Below, one piece after another: positions 36,667 to 45,315 of a DNA stretch of 62,001 nucleotides. Location: assembly GCA_040006935.1 (NCBI GenBank), contig JBDTVZ010000004.1:1-62001 (forward strand), given 5' to 3'. Numbering within the stretch: position 1 is the first letter of the stretch; each line of letters starts with the position of its first letter. The DNA comes from Candidatus Dojkabacteria bacterium (lineage in GTDB: Bacteria; Patescibacteriota; Dojkabacteria; J137). Both the position numbers and the translations under genes were made by a program. The notes beneath the pieces are model-generated. The model worked only from the letters and a program-made list of their open reading frames with translations, was not told where the DNA came from and searched no databases.

Positions 36667-38064
36667 ATGGAAAGGTCGTTAACGAAAGAAACACCATCAC
36701 TTGTAGGAACAACAGTTAAATTACAAGGTTGGGTAGAAAATTTAAGAATTTTAAGCAAGGTGTCCTTCCTAGATTTACGAGATAGAAGTGGAAAAGTTCA
36801 ATGCATTGCAGAATTTAAACTTGAGGACCTTACAATAGAATCAGTAGTGGAGATTGAAGGGGAAGTTATAAAAAGACCAGAAAAAATGGTTAAAGAAGGT
36901 TCAGAAACAGGAACTGTAGAAATTCAAATAAAGTCGTATAAAGTTTTAAATAAAGCAGCGGCTTTACCAATTCCAGTTGCTGGAGATGGATATGATATCA
37001 ACGAAGAATCTAGGTTGAAGTATAGATACTTAGATTTAAGAAGAGATAGATTATCTAAAAATCTGAAACTAAGATCAGACTTTGTTAGAGCTGTCAGAGA
37101 ATCTTTGTATAACCAAGGATTTGTAGAAGTAGAAACTCCAATGTTAACTGCTCCAACTAAAGAAGGTGCTAGAGACTTTATAGTTCCATCAAGAATGCAA
37201 CCTGGAAAATTTTATGCTTTACCTCAAAGTCCACAGCAATATAAACAATTGTTAATGGCTGCTGGAGTTGAGAATTATTTTCAAGTAGCTAGATGTGTAA
37301 GAGACGAAAACTTAAGAGCAGATAGAGGTTTTGAACATACACAAATTGATGTCGAAACAAGTTTTAGAACTCAGGAAGAAGTTAGAGCAGTAATGGAAAA
37401 AATGGTTAAAGAATCTATTAAAGCTGTAAAAGGGAATATTAAACCTGGAGATTTCCCTGTACTTACCTATAAAGAAGTAATAGAAAAATTTGGAGACGAT
37501 AAGTTTGACATTAGAACTGAAGAAGAAAAAGAAAAAGGAATTCTAGCTTTTGCATGGGTAACAAGATATCCAATGTTTAAGAAAGTTGATAAAGAAGATA
37601 TTGCAGAAGTTAGAGATGGAAAATCTGGCTGGACATTTACACATAATCCTTTTAGTGGAACTATTGCAGAACATAAAGAGTGGCATTTAAAAGGAGAACA
37701 CTTAGATGAAATTGAAGCTACGCAATACGACTTAGTTTGCAATGGATTTGAAATGGGGAGTGGAAGTGTTAGAAATCACGATCCGGAATTACTAAGAGCA
37801 ACATACAAAATAATGGGTTATTCGCCAGAAGAAACAGAAGCAAGTATTGGTCACATGCTAAAAGCTTTTGAGTTAGGAACTCCACCACATGGAGGAATGG
37901 CTTTAGGAATTGATAGATTAGTAATGCTTTTGGCTGGAGAGAAATCTCTAAAAGAAGTAATCCCATTCCCAATGACTTACTCGGGAAATACTTCTGTAAT
38001 GGATGCACCAATAGAAGCAAAACCGGAACAATTGAAAGATTTGGGGATTAAGGTGGAGAAATAA
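36667..38064 (+). CDS. aspS: Aspartyl-tRNA synthetase, bacterial-type sequence but lacking the GAD insertion domain
   Basis: OB anticodon-binding N-terminus, motif 2 ARCVRDENLRADRGFEHTQIDVETSF, motif 3 GGMALGIDRLVMLL. Only about 10 residues (DKFDIRTEEEKEKGILAFAWV) occupy the place of the ~130-aa insertion. Confidence 0.85.
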   Translation: MERSLTKETPSLVGTTVKLQGWVENLRILSKVSFLDLRDRSGKVQCIAEFKLEDLTIESVVEIEGEVIKRPEKMVKEGSETGTVEIQIKSYKVLNKAAALPIPVAGDGYDINEESRLKYRYLDLRRDRLSKNLKLRSDFVRAVRESLYNQGFVEVETPMLTAPTKEGARDFIVPSRMQPGKFYALPQSPQQYKQLLMAAGVENYFQVARCVRDENLRADRGFEHTQIDVETSFRTQEEVRAVMEKMVKESIKAVKGNIKPGDFPVLTYKEVIEKFGDDKFDIRTEEEKEKGILAFAWVTRYPMFKKVDKEDIAEVRDGKSGWTFTHNPFSGTIAEHKEWHLKGEHLDEIEATQYDLVCNGFEMGSGSVRNHDPELLRATYKIMGYSPEETEASIGHMLKAFELGTPPHGGMALGIDRLVMLLAGEKSLKEVIPFPMTYSGNTSVMDAPIEAKPEQLKDLGIKVEK

Positions 38065-38066
38065 AT

Positions 38067-39959
38067 TTAGGGTTCAACAGGTGCCGGCTGGGTGGGAATG
38101 ATTATTTTAAATTCACATCCCTCCCCATCTACACCGCTGCTAGTAAAAGACATGTCATAACCTGGCCCCATATTTTTTATAGTTCTAAAAACGCTAACTA
38201 GGCCAACCCCACTACCATTGATCTTCCCTACGTTACTAGCGCGTTTGAACTCTTTAAAGATTGCTTTTTGATCTTCTGTTGGAATTCCAATACCATAGTC
38301 TCTTATACTTACTTCTATAAAATTAGGATTTTCAACTATATAAATTTCTATGTTAGTTTCTTTAGGGGAGTATTTATCTGCGTTAGTTATTAGGTTTACA
38401 AATGCATGAGTAATAAGCAGTGTGTTTGTAAATATAATATCTCTTGTACCTCTGAAATTGATTTCTACATGTCGATCTAGTACCTGTGCTTCTTCAAAGC
38501 ATCTAGGTATTAACTCTCTAATGCTTAAATATTCCTTGGAATCTTCTTGCTCAGCTTTTGCTATCATCAGCATTCCCTCAATTGATTTATTCATTCCATC
38601 AACCGAATCTCTAATCCATTGTAATTGTTCTGTTTTTTGTTCAAAAGTAAATTTATCGATATGTTTTTTAAGAGTAGCTACGGCAAAGATAATTACCTGA
38701 AGAGGATTTTTTAAATCATGAACAAGCATAGAAATCTTACTTAGTAGCTCCTCATAAGATTGTTTTGCTACTAACTCTGTGACATCAATAAACCCTCCTG
38801 TGGCACCTGTAACTTTTCCTTCATGATTAAAAGTGGGTATGACGTAATTGTGTACATTTCTTACTTCACCATCATCAGAAATTACTATTCGGAATTGGAT
38901 ATCTAAAGGCTCACCATTTTTTATTTTTTTGAATTCCTCAATTGCTTGCACTCTGTCACGGGGATCTATCATCATATAGAAGGGATTAGTATTGAAACTA
39001 CTATCTGATTCTAATTTTTCCCATTGAATCCCGAAAGAATCAGCCTCTGGAGTCTGAATGAATTTAGGATTATTTTCGTCATCAAATTCAACTGTATATA
39101 TAACTCCACTCATTAATCTAAGTGCGATTTGTTGTTCTCTATAGTTTTTTTCTATTATTAATCTTTCCTTCATTTCATTATCAATATTTTTCACAAACCC
39201 AGCTATAGTTCCATTACTATCATCTTTTTTTTCTGTTTTTAAATGCACAGATACCCAAAATAATTTCCCTTCATCGTCAATCATCCTAGTTTCAAAATTA
39301 TTTTCACCATTTTCAATAGCCAAGAGAATTTCCTCTCTAGTCTTGTCTAAATATTCTATTGGAACCAACTCATCTAGAAAAATAGTTTCACCTTTTCTTT
39401 TGCCTAAACTCGTAAGGAAACCTCTGCTTAGTACTAGCGATAGCGTATCTTTTGAATATTTGAGAATAAACTCACCAGTCTGACTTAACCTTAAATTATC
39501 AAAATGAAGAGCTTCAGCAATAGTTAGATCAGTCAAATCATTGAAGTAGATACAAACACCGATAGTTAAGTCTTGCATTTCATCTCCGCCTACACTATCA
39601 TCAAAAATTGCTTGCCTGTCCTCAACTCTAAATATTCTTCCCTTAATTACATAGCCTTCACCAACTATAATATTAAGTTCATGGTAATTTTGATTTATGA
39701 AATCATCACTAATAATATCTAATTCTCTATTCACATAATCAACTATTCCATCTATAACATCATCAGCAACAGGCCTATTTTTTAAAGTATTGTTCATAGC
39801 TAAAAATCTTGTATGCGGGATATAAATACAAGAAGGAGTGGGAGAATCTGACCATTCAGGATGATTAGATCGTGCTGTGACAATTCTAATGAACTGAGGT
39901 TCGTAGGTATCTATAGATTGAGGAAGGTTGTACATAATCTTATTATACCCCTCTCTCAA
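38067..39959 (-). CDS. Soluble multi-PAS sensor histidine kinase
   Basis: H-box HDLKNPLQ, N-box NLITNADKYS, G1 DYGIGI, G2 GSGVGL. No TM helix and no adjacent response regulator. Confidence 0.8.
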   Translation of the reverse strand: MREGYNKIMYNLPQSIDTYEPQFIRIVTARSNHPEWSDSPTPSCIYIPHTRFLAMNNTLKNRPVADDVIDGIVDYVNRELDIISDDFINQNYHELNIIVGEGYVIKGRIFRVEDRQAIFDDSVGGDEMQDLTIGVCIYFNDLTDLTIAEALHFDNLRLSQTGEFILKYSKDTLSLVLSRGFLTSLGKRKGETIFLDELVPIEYLDKTREEILLAIENGENNFETRMIDDEGKLFWVSVHLKTEKKDDSNGTIAGFVKNIDNEMKERLIIEKNYREQQIALRLMSGVIYTVEFDDENNPKFIQTPEADSFGIQWEKLESDSSFNTNPFYMMIDPRDRVQAIEEFKKIKNGEPLDIQFRIVISDDGEVRNVHNYVIPTFNHEGKVTGATGGFIDVTELVAKQSYEELLSKISMLVHDLKNPLQVIIFAVATLKKHIDKFTFEQKTEQLQWIRDSVDGMNKSIEGMLMIAKAEQEDSKEYLSIRELIPRCFEEAQVLDRHVEINFRGTRDIIFTNTLLITHAFVNLITNADKYSPKETNIEIYIVENPNFIEVSIRDYGIGIPTEDQKAIFKEFKRASNVGKINGSGVGLVSVFRTIKNMGPGYDMSFTSSGVDGEGCEFKIIIPTQPAPVEP

Positions 39960-39965
39960 AAAGTA

Positions 39966-39994
39966 TTGCCAAAATATGCGAAAATACTTATAAT
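39966..39994 (+). promoter_or_regulatory. Promoter of the T-box leader (TTGCCA-17-TATAAT)
   Basis: Hexamers at 39966-39971 and 39989-39994 with exact 17-nt spacing. Confidence 0.7.
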
Positions 39995-40015
39995 CATACT
40001 ACTTACAAAGATTTA

Positions 40016-40220
40016 GGTTCCCAGCCTAAGGAGTAAAGATGGTAAGGCTTGCCAAAACATCTCGGAGAAGCAAACTCTGGTAAAGAAAATCAGCAAACTG
40101 TAAAAAGCAGTTACAAAGTTCTAATTTGAAAAAAATTAGAAAAAGTAAGGTGGTACCGCAACTCAATGCCCTTACATTAGATCATTATTAATGATTTGAT
40201 GTGAGGGCATTTTTTATTTT
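40016..40220 (+). promoter_or_regulatory. T-box riboswitch leader with terminator/antiterminator
   Basis: T-box sequence aaGGTGGTACCGCa at 40147-40160. The antiterminator has helix A1 gtaagg/ccttac, the 7-nt bulge tggtacc and helix A2 gca/tgc. A Stem III hairpin (ttctaattt-gaaaaaa-aattagaa) lies immediately upstream. An AGTA element and a GAA-GCA-A stretch sit in a short Stem I. Confidence 0.8.
40165..40220 (+). terminator. T-box terminator hairpin
   Basis: aatgcccttac...gtgagggcatt with an inner atcatta/taatgat stem, followed by tttttatttt. The 5' arm overlaps the 3' strand of the antiterminator. Confidence 0.8.
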
Positions 40221-40296
40221 AAAAGCCATGTATCACTTAAAAGAGCATTACAATACTCCCTCTGGGGTAACAGACAAAATCAATCAAAGATTTTAA

Positions 40297-40707
40297 TTGT
40301 TACTTAATTCTATAATGGAAATGAATAATATCGAAGAAAAAATAAAATATACAAGTTCAGTTCTTGGTTTACTAAGAATTCATCCTGAATACGCAGGAGA
40401 AATCTATTCTGATCTTCCTGCAAATATTGCAAATGATGTCAGATACTGGGTTCTTCAGGATTTTCTATCCAGGAGTCCGGACCATATTACGTCTGCTGAT
40501 ATTCCTGAGGAAGTTAAAGATATAATAAGATGTTGGTGCTGTGACAAACCTTTGAGAGAATGTCTTACTCTTGAAGCAGAAGGTTGGACTTATACAAAGC
40601 ACGAATCTGATCCTTATATTTTTGATCGTGCAAGAGCTTTAGGAATGACCTATATTGATGAGAATGGTTATGAAAGAATTCATACCTGTGGTTTTTCTTA
40701 TACATAA
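40297..40707 (+). CDS. Hypothetical protein (first gene after the T-box; start may be ATG 40315)
   Basis: 136-aa ORF (TTG start in the ORF track) with a Cys cluster RCWCCDKPLREC. No family recognised. Confidence 0.4.
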   Translation: MLLNSIMEMNNIEEKIKYTSSVLGLLRIHPEYAGEIYSDLPANIANDVRYWVLQDFLSRSPDHITSADIPEEVKDIIRCWCCDKPLRECLTLEAEGWTYTKHESDPYIFDRARALGMTYIDENGYERIHTCGFSYT

Positions 40708-40714
40708 ATTAACT

Positions 40715-41602
40715 ATGACAAAAATACATTTCTATAAAATATACTCAAGACTCGGAATGGTCAATCTGCCGTTTGGAGAAACAACTTTAAATTTAGGGGT
40801 AGAGTTTGGTCCTGATGCAGTTTTGTCTGAAGATTATCTTTCTAACTTTAAGAATCAACAAATTACTGAATACAAATTTTCTTTACCAGAAGATATTAAT
40901 AAAGAAGGTTATTACAAAGTGATTGCTAAGGAATCTGAAGAATTAACAAATTTGATTTCTGAAACTCTAAACGAAGACGAAATTCAAGTTGCAATTGGAG
41001 GAGATCACAGTATTGCTTTATCTACAATTCTTGTTGCTGCAAAGAAATACGGTGGTGAGAATGTTGGTGTAATTTATTTCGATTCTCATGGGGATTTACA
41101 CACAGTAGAGTCAACACCTTCTGGGAATTTCCATGGAATGCATATGAGAATTATTTCAGATGAATCTTCAAATCAAGATTTGGAGAATTTGACTAAAGGT
41201 TACAAAATAAATCCACCGTCAATTTTATACATTGGCAATCAAGTTGTGGAAGATGCGGAAATTAGATTTATGAAAGAAAACAATATTAAAAATATTAATA
41301 GAAAAGAGATAATAAACAATCCCTCTGAGGTAGAAAATATTATAATAAATCATATATCAAAATTTGAGCATATTCACATTAGTTTTGATATTGATGTTTT
41401 GGATTCAAGTTTAGTTACAGCAACAGGAATTCCAGCAAAAAATGGTTTAATGTTGGAAGATATAATTCCCTTGTTGGGTATTATAAAATCAAATGTAGAA
41501 AGTTATTCAGTTGATTTAGTAGAACTAAATCCTAAAAAAGATGGAGCAGAGGAAACAATAAAAATTGCACAAACTATTTTAAATAATTTAATTCTTAATT
41601 AA
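40715..41602 (+). CDS. Ureohydrolase (arginase/agmatinase/formiminoglutamase family)
   Basis: Mn-binding motifs GGDHSIA, DSHGDLH and SFDIDVLD. Start set at ATG 40715, after the upstream stop at 40707. Confidence 0.8.
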   Translation: MTKIHFYKIYSRLGMVNLPFGETTLNLGVEFGPDAVLSEDYLSNFKNQQITEYKFSLPEDINKEGYYKVIAKESEELTNLISETLNEDEIQVAIGGDHSIALSTILVAAKKYGGENVGVIYFDSHGDLHTVESTPSGNFHGMHMRIISDESSNQDLENLTKGYKINPPSILYIGNQVVEDAEIRFMKENNIKNINRKEIINNPSEVENIIINHISKFEHIHISFDIDVLDSSLVTATGIPAKNGLMLEDIIPLLGIIKSNVESYSVDLVELNPKKDGAEETIKIAQTILNNLILN

Positions 41603-41607
41603 ACAAA

Positions 41608-43311
41608 ATGTTATATTCAAAACTTTTTGGCAAAACCGAAAAAAAAGCGCCAAACGATGCTACAGCGATTTCTCATAAACTGCTTCATCAAAGTGGTTAT
41701 ATTAGAGAGTTATCAGCAGGAAGATACGAAATTTTACCTTTAGGAATGAGAGTTTTTCAGAAAGTGATTAATCTTATAGATAAAGAAATGGAAAACATCG
41801 GATCTCAAAGATTCAGCATCCCATTACTTCAACCAATTGAATTCTGGAAAAAGTCTAATAGAGATAAGGCTTGGGGAAGTTCTTTAATGAAAATAAAAGA
41901 TAGAAATGATTCTGAGTTTGCTTTAAGCGCAACTGGAGAGGGGGTGGTTACAGAAATGGTAAAAGAAACAAAACCATCTTATAAGGATTTACCTATTGTA
42001 GTGCATCAATTCATAGCTAAATTTCGAGATGAAATGCGGCCTAGAGGTGGATTATTAAGGGTAAGGGAGTTTGTAATGAAAGATGCATATTCATTCCATA
42101 CAACAGAAGAGGATTTTATGAAAACTTATGATGATTTTTATAAAGCATATTCAACAATTTGCGAGAAACTCGAACTAGAATACTATCCATGTATTGCAGA
42201 TAGTGGTGCTTTAGGCGGAGACTATTGCCATGAATTTCAAATTCCTTGTGAAGCTGGAGAAGATAAAATCGCTAAGTGTGATAGTTGTGATTATGCAGCA
42301 AATCTCGAAAAAGCTGAATTTATAAGAGATATTAATAATCAAGGGGAAGTGGAACCTTATGAAGTGGTAAATTTGCCAGTTGAAGTTGCAAAAATTAAAG
42401 AGTTGGTCAAGCACTATGGTTTACCAGAAAATAGATTTATTAAAAATGTTGTTTATAAAACAAAGAAAGGTAAATTAGTCATAGCGACCGTCACTGGAAA
42501 TCTGGCAGTCAATGATTTCAAACTAGCCAAAGCGGTTGGGGAAGACGAACTAGAAATAGCTACCGATGAGGACTTAGCAAGTATTGGAGCTAAGTCAGGA
42601 TTTGTGCACTCTTGGGGTTATGAGGATCATAAAGATAAAATTATTTTTGTTGTTGATGAATCAGTAGTAATGTCAAAGAACTTATACGGAGGACTTAAAA
42701 CCGAAACAACTGACCCTATTAATGTAAACTACGGAAGAGATTTTAAATCTGATATCGAAGCTGATATAGCAGATCCATATGAAGGTGCGACATGTAAGAA
42801 ATGTGAGAAAGGTAAGATTAAAATTATTAGAACTATAGAGTTTGGTCACATTTTTAAATATGATCACTTCTATACAGAGCATCACGATGGATTCTTTACA
42901 GATAAAGATGGTCAGGAAAAGCTTATGTACATGGGTGCTTATGGTATTGGAATCGAAAGAGCGATGGCAGTTGTTGTCGAATCTCATAATGATGCCAAAG
43001 GAATTGTCTGGCCAGAAAATATTGCTCCATTTAAAGTTCATTTAGTTGGATTAAATCAAGAAGACGAAATTGTTAGAACAAGAGCAAACGAAGTTTACAA
43101 AGAACTTGAAATAGCAGGAATTGATGTTTTATTTGACGATAGAATCGAAACTCAAGCTGGTGAAAAATTCTCGGATGCAGACTTAATTGGTAATCCATGG
43201 AGAGTTGTCGTTTCTAGGAAATCTGGAGATCAAGTCGAAGTTAAAAAAAGAAACTCACAAGAATCTAAATTGATATCCATTGAGGAATTGATTAAAGAAT
43301 TGAAAGGTTGA
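41608..43311 (+). CDS. proS: Prolyl-tRNA synthetase, bacterial type with INS editing domain
   Basis: 567 aa. Class II motifs, CDSCDYAANLEKAEF, a YbaK-like insertion, and C-terminal anticodon-binding domain (VHLVGLN...). Confidence 0.9.
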   Translation: MLYSKLFGKTEKKAPNDATAISHKLLHQSGYIRELSAGRYEILPLGMRVFQKVINLIDKEMENIGSQRFSIPLLQPIEFWKKSNRDKAWGSSLMKIKDRNDSEFALSATGEGVVTEMVKETKPSYKDLPIVVHQFIAKFRDEMRPRGGLLRVREFVMKDAYSFHTTEEDFMKTYDDFYKAYSTICEKLELEYYPCIADSGALGGDYCHEFQIPCEAGEDKIAKCDSCDYAANLEKAEFIRDINNQGEVEPYEVVNLPVEVAKIKELVKHYGLPENRFIKNVVYKTKKGKLVIATVTGNLAVNDFKLAKAVGEDELEIATDEDLASIGAKSGFVHSWGYEDHKDKIIFVVDESVVMSKNLYGGLKTETTDPINVNYGRDFKSDIEADIADPYEGATCKKCEKGKIKIIRTIEFGHIFKYDHFYTEHHDGFFTDKDGQEKLMYMGAYGIGIERAMAVVVESHNDAKGIVWPENIAPFKVHLVGLNQEDEIVRTRANEVYKELEIAGIDVLFDDRIETQAGEKFSDADLIGNPWRVVVSRKSGDQVEVKKRNSQESKLISIEELIKELKG

Positions 43312-43507
43312 TCAATGTTAATTGGGTATAACATGATACGATTATGTTATACCCATATGAACTTGTGGAAGATATTTCCCCACATTTTTTGTATATAGTA
43401 AAAAACTGCTTCCATAATCCAGTGTCTTGAACTAGAATAATTTAACATTTTTTGTAATTATTCATATGGTTTACAAAGATCCGGATAAATTAATTAAATT
43501 TTAATTC

Positions 43508-43532
43508 AAAAGGCCCATCGCGGCCTTTTTTT
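43508..43532 (+). terminator. Rho-independent terminator (aaaaggcc-catcgc-ggccttttttt)
   Basis: GC stem flanked by an A-run and a T-run, 200 nt after the proS stop and 12 nt before ATG 43544. Confidence 0.6.
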
Positions 43533-43543
43533 ATATTTATACT

Positions 43544-44116
43544 ATGGCTTTTAATGTAAAACATAGAGAAGTTAATGATCCAGAAATTTATAGACACGAA
43601 AAAGATGTTGTTCCAATAGTCGACGTTATGAATTTATCTGATACTATGACTCATAGACAGGAAACTTCAGTTATGGAAGTTACAGCAATCAATAACCCAA
43701 CTTCTATTTATGGAGAAATCCTTAAGGCCGAGATTAGATATAAGGATCCCTATGGAAGACCTATATATTCTGTTGACCATTCTAAAAGAGGAGAGGTTAA
43801 TTTTATAGTCGATGAAAATGGTAATAGAGTGCAACTATCTTCTAATTTATTAGAAAGTATTTTAAAACAATCGGGAAAACATCAACCTTTAATAAGCGAA
43901 GATGTACCAAGATACGTTTTTGTAAGTGGAAAATGGAGGAATCTTACACTTTGGGGAACTGATAATAATGGAGTTGATATGTATTACATCTCAGGTATTG
44001 AAAATCATTTAATTATTAGGCTAAATGAAGAATTTGAATTTAGATATATTAAACCAGAAATTTTTCAAACACTATGCGAATATTTTACTGGTGAGAACGG
44101 TTCATTGGAGCCTTAA
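43544..44116 (+). CDS. Hypothetical protein
   Basis: 190-aa ORF, no recognisable motifs. Confidence 0.4.
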   Translation: MAFNVKHREVNDPEIYRHEKDVVPIVDVMNLSDTMTHRQETSVMEVTAINNPTSIYGEILKAEIRYKDPYGRPIYSVDHSKRGEVNFIVDENGNRVQLSSNLLESILKQSGKHQPLISEDVPRYVFVSGKWRNLTLWGTDNNGVDMYYISGIENHLIIRLNEEFEFRYIKPEIFQTLCEYFTGENGSLEP

Positions 44117-44694
44117 AGTTTAACCTCTTCAATCTGCCTATATCGTGGACCTTTAGAAGTCATTGTACTTTCTATAAATACAAAAGATTCTGCTATAAAT
44201 GGCTCTGGAGTTGGAATATCTAAACTGCTTACTATCTTTGTTACTTCTTTCCCAGAACTTCTGGTTGCATTTGGTTTTAGCCTCGCAATAGAAATATGGA
44301 AATCATCGGTAAATCTTGTTCTCCATCTAATTGTATCTTTAAACTTCAACGACCTGATTAAAAGATAAGCGTCCTTTGCAAGTTCATCCATTACATCACT
44401 CTGTTTTATCGTAGCAATTAAATATCTCGGATCAGTTTGCCTTGGAAATCCAAATCTAATTTTCTCAATTGCAATCTCGGGCTTTGGGTATTGACCTTCA
44501 AATTTCTTAAATAATTCCACAATTTCATCTACATGTGCCGGAGATACATTTGGACCAACAAACTTTAAAGTAACTACAGTTCTATCGGAGGGGATAGGTT
44601 TTAAATTTCTTTTTTCTTTATCAAAATGCTTATAGACATCTGCAAGGTACCTTGCGTATGAAGGTGGTGGATAAATGGCTAGAATTAATCTCAT
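44113..44694 (-). CDS. 2H phosphoesterase / LigT-like protein (first HxT motif degenerate)
   Basis: The second motif is intact (FHISIARL). The first reads VVTLKFVG rather than HxTLxF. The size (193 aa) fits the family. Confidence 0.4.
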   Translation of the reverse strand: MRLILAIYPPPSYARYLADVYKHFDKEKRNLKPIPSDRTVVTLKFVGPNVSPAHVDEIVELFKKFEGQYPKPEIAIEKIRFGFPRQTDPRYLIATIKQSDVMDELAKDAYLLIRSLKFKDTIRWRTRFTDDFHISIARLKPNATRSSGKEVTKIVSSLDIPTPEPFIAESFVFIESTMTSKGPRYRQIEEVKL

Positions 44695-44699
44695 TTCTT

Positions 44700-45224
44700 C
44701 TATTTAACTTTATAAATATTAAATCTTCCTACAACTTGATCTGGTTCTAAATCTTTGAATTTAAAGGTGTTAGATATTACCATACTTCCGGGTTTCATTT
44801 CAGAGAAAAGCTTCTGCTTGATCCTATCCATATGCTCAGAGAAAATATACATATACGCTACATTATAGTCCGAGAAATCATGTTTATTAAAATCTTTATT
44901 ATGAATGGTACTTTTACCATTCAATCGTGATATCAGTAAACGGAATTTAGCAAAAAGACTTAAGAAAGGATTATACTCAATCCCATCGGCTTTACTAAAA
45001 CCACTTCTTGCAGCCCAAACAACAAATCTTCCATCCCCAGATCCAATATCTACAAATCTAACATCATCAGGAAGTTTAATCTCTCCGTCTTTAATAAGTT
45101 TATCTAATTTCTTTACAGAAGAAGGATAAAATGGCGTTTGATTAATCCATGAAATTATTAAATATAATGCAAAAACAACAAGTAAAACTTGGCAAATTAA
45201 TAATCCGATTAAGCCTATGTTCAT
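44700..45224 (-). CDS. Class I SAM-dependent methyltransferase with N-terminal TM helix
   Basis: Motif I FVDIGSGDGRFVVWAA. Confidence 0.65.
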   Translation of the reverse strand: MNIGLIGLLICQVLLVVFALYLIISWINQTPFYPSSVKKLDKLIKDGEIKLPDDVRFVDIGSGDGRFVVWAARSGFSKADGIEYNPFLSLFAKFRLLISRLNGKSTIHNKDFNKHDFSDYNVAYMYIFSEHMDRIKQKLFSEMKPGSMVISNTFKFKDLEPDQVVGRFNIYKVK

Positions 45225-45279
45225 AATAATTGTTTTAAAGTTAAAAAGTTCTAATGTTTAAATGTTGAATAAAAATAAC

Positions 45280-45311
45280 CTTAGAACTTTTGAACCTTGA
45301 AACGTTTGAAC
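45280..45311. repeat. Four tandem 8-nt units (cttagaac ttttgaac cttgaaac gtttgaac)
   Basis: Read directly. The array lies between the thrC-like stop and the methyltransferase start. Confidence 0.6.
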
Positions 45312-45315
45312 ATTT

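Noticed and set aside
40655-40714. Ureohydrolase start at 40655, overlapping the upstream ORF by 53 nt.
   Set aside because: The extension (MMRMVMKEFIPVVFLIHKLT) is out of character for the family. ATG 40715 follows the upstream stop and precedes the conserved core.
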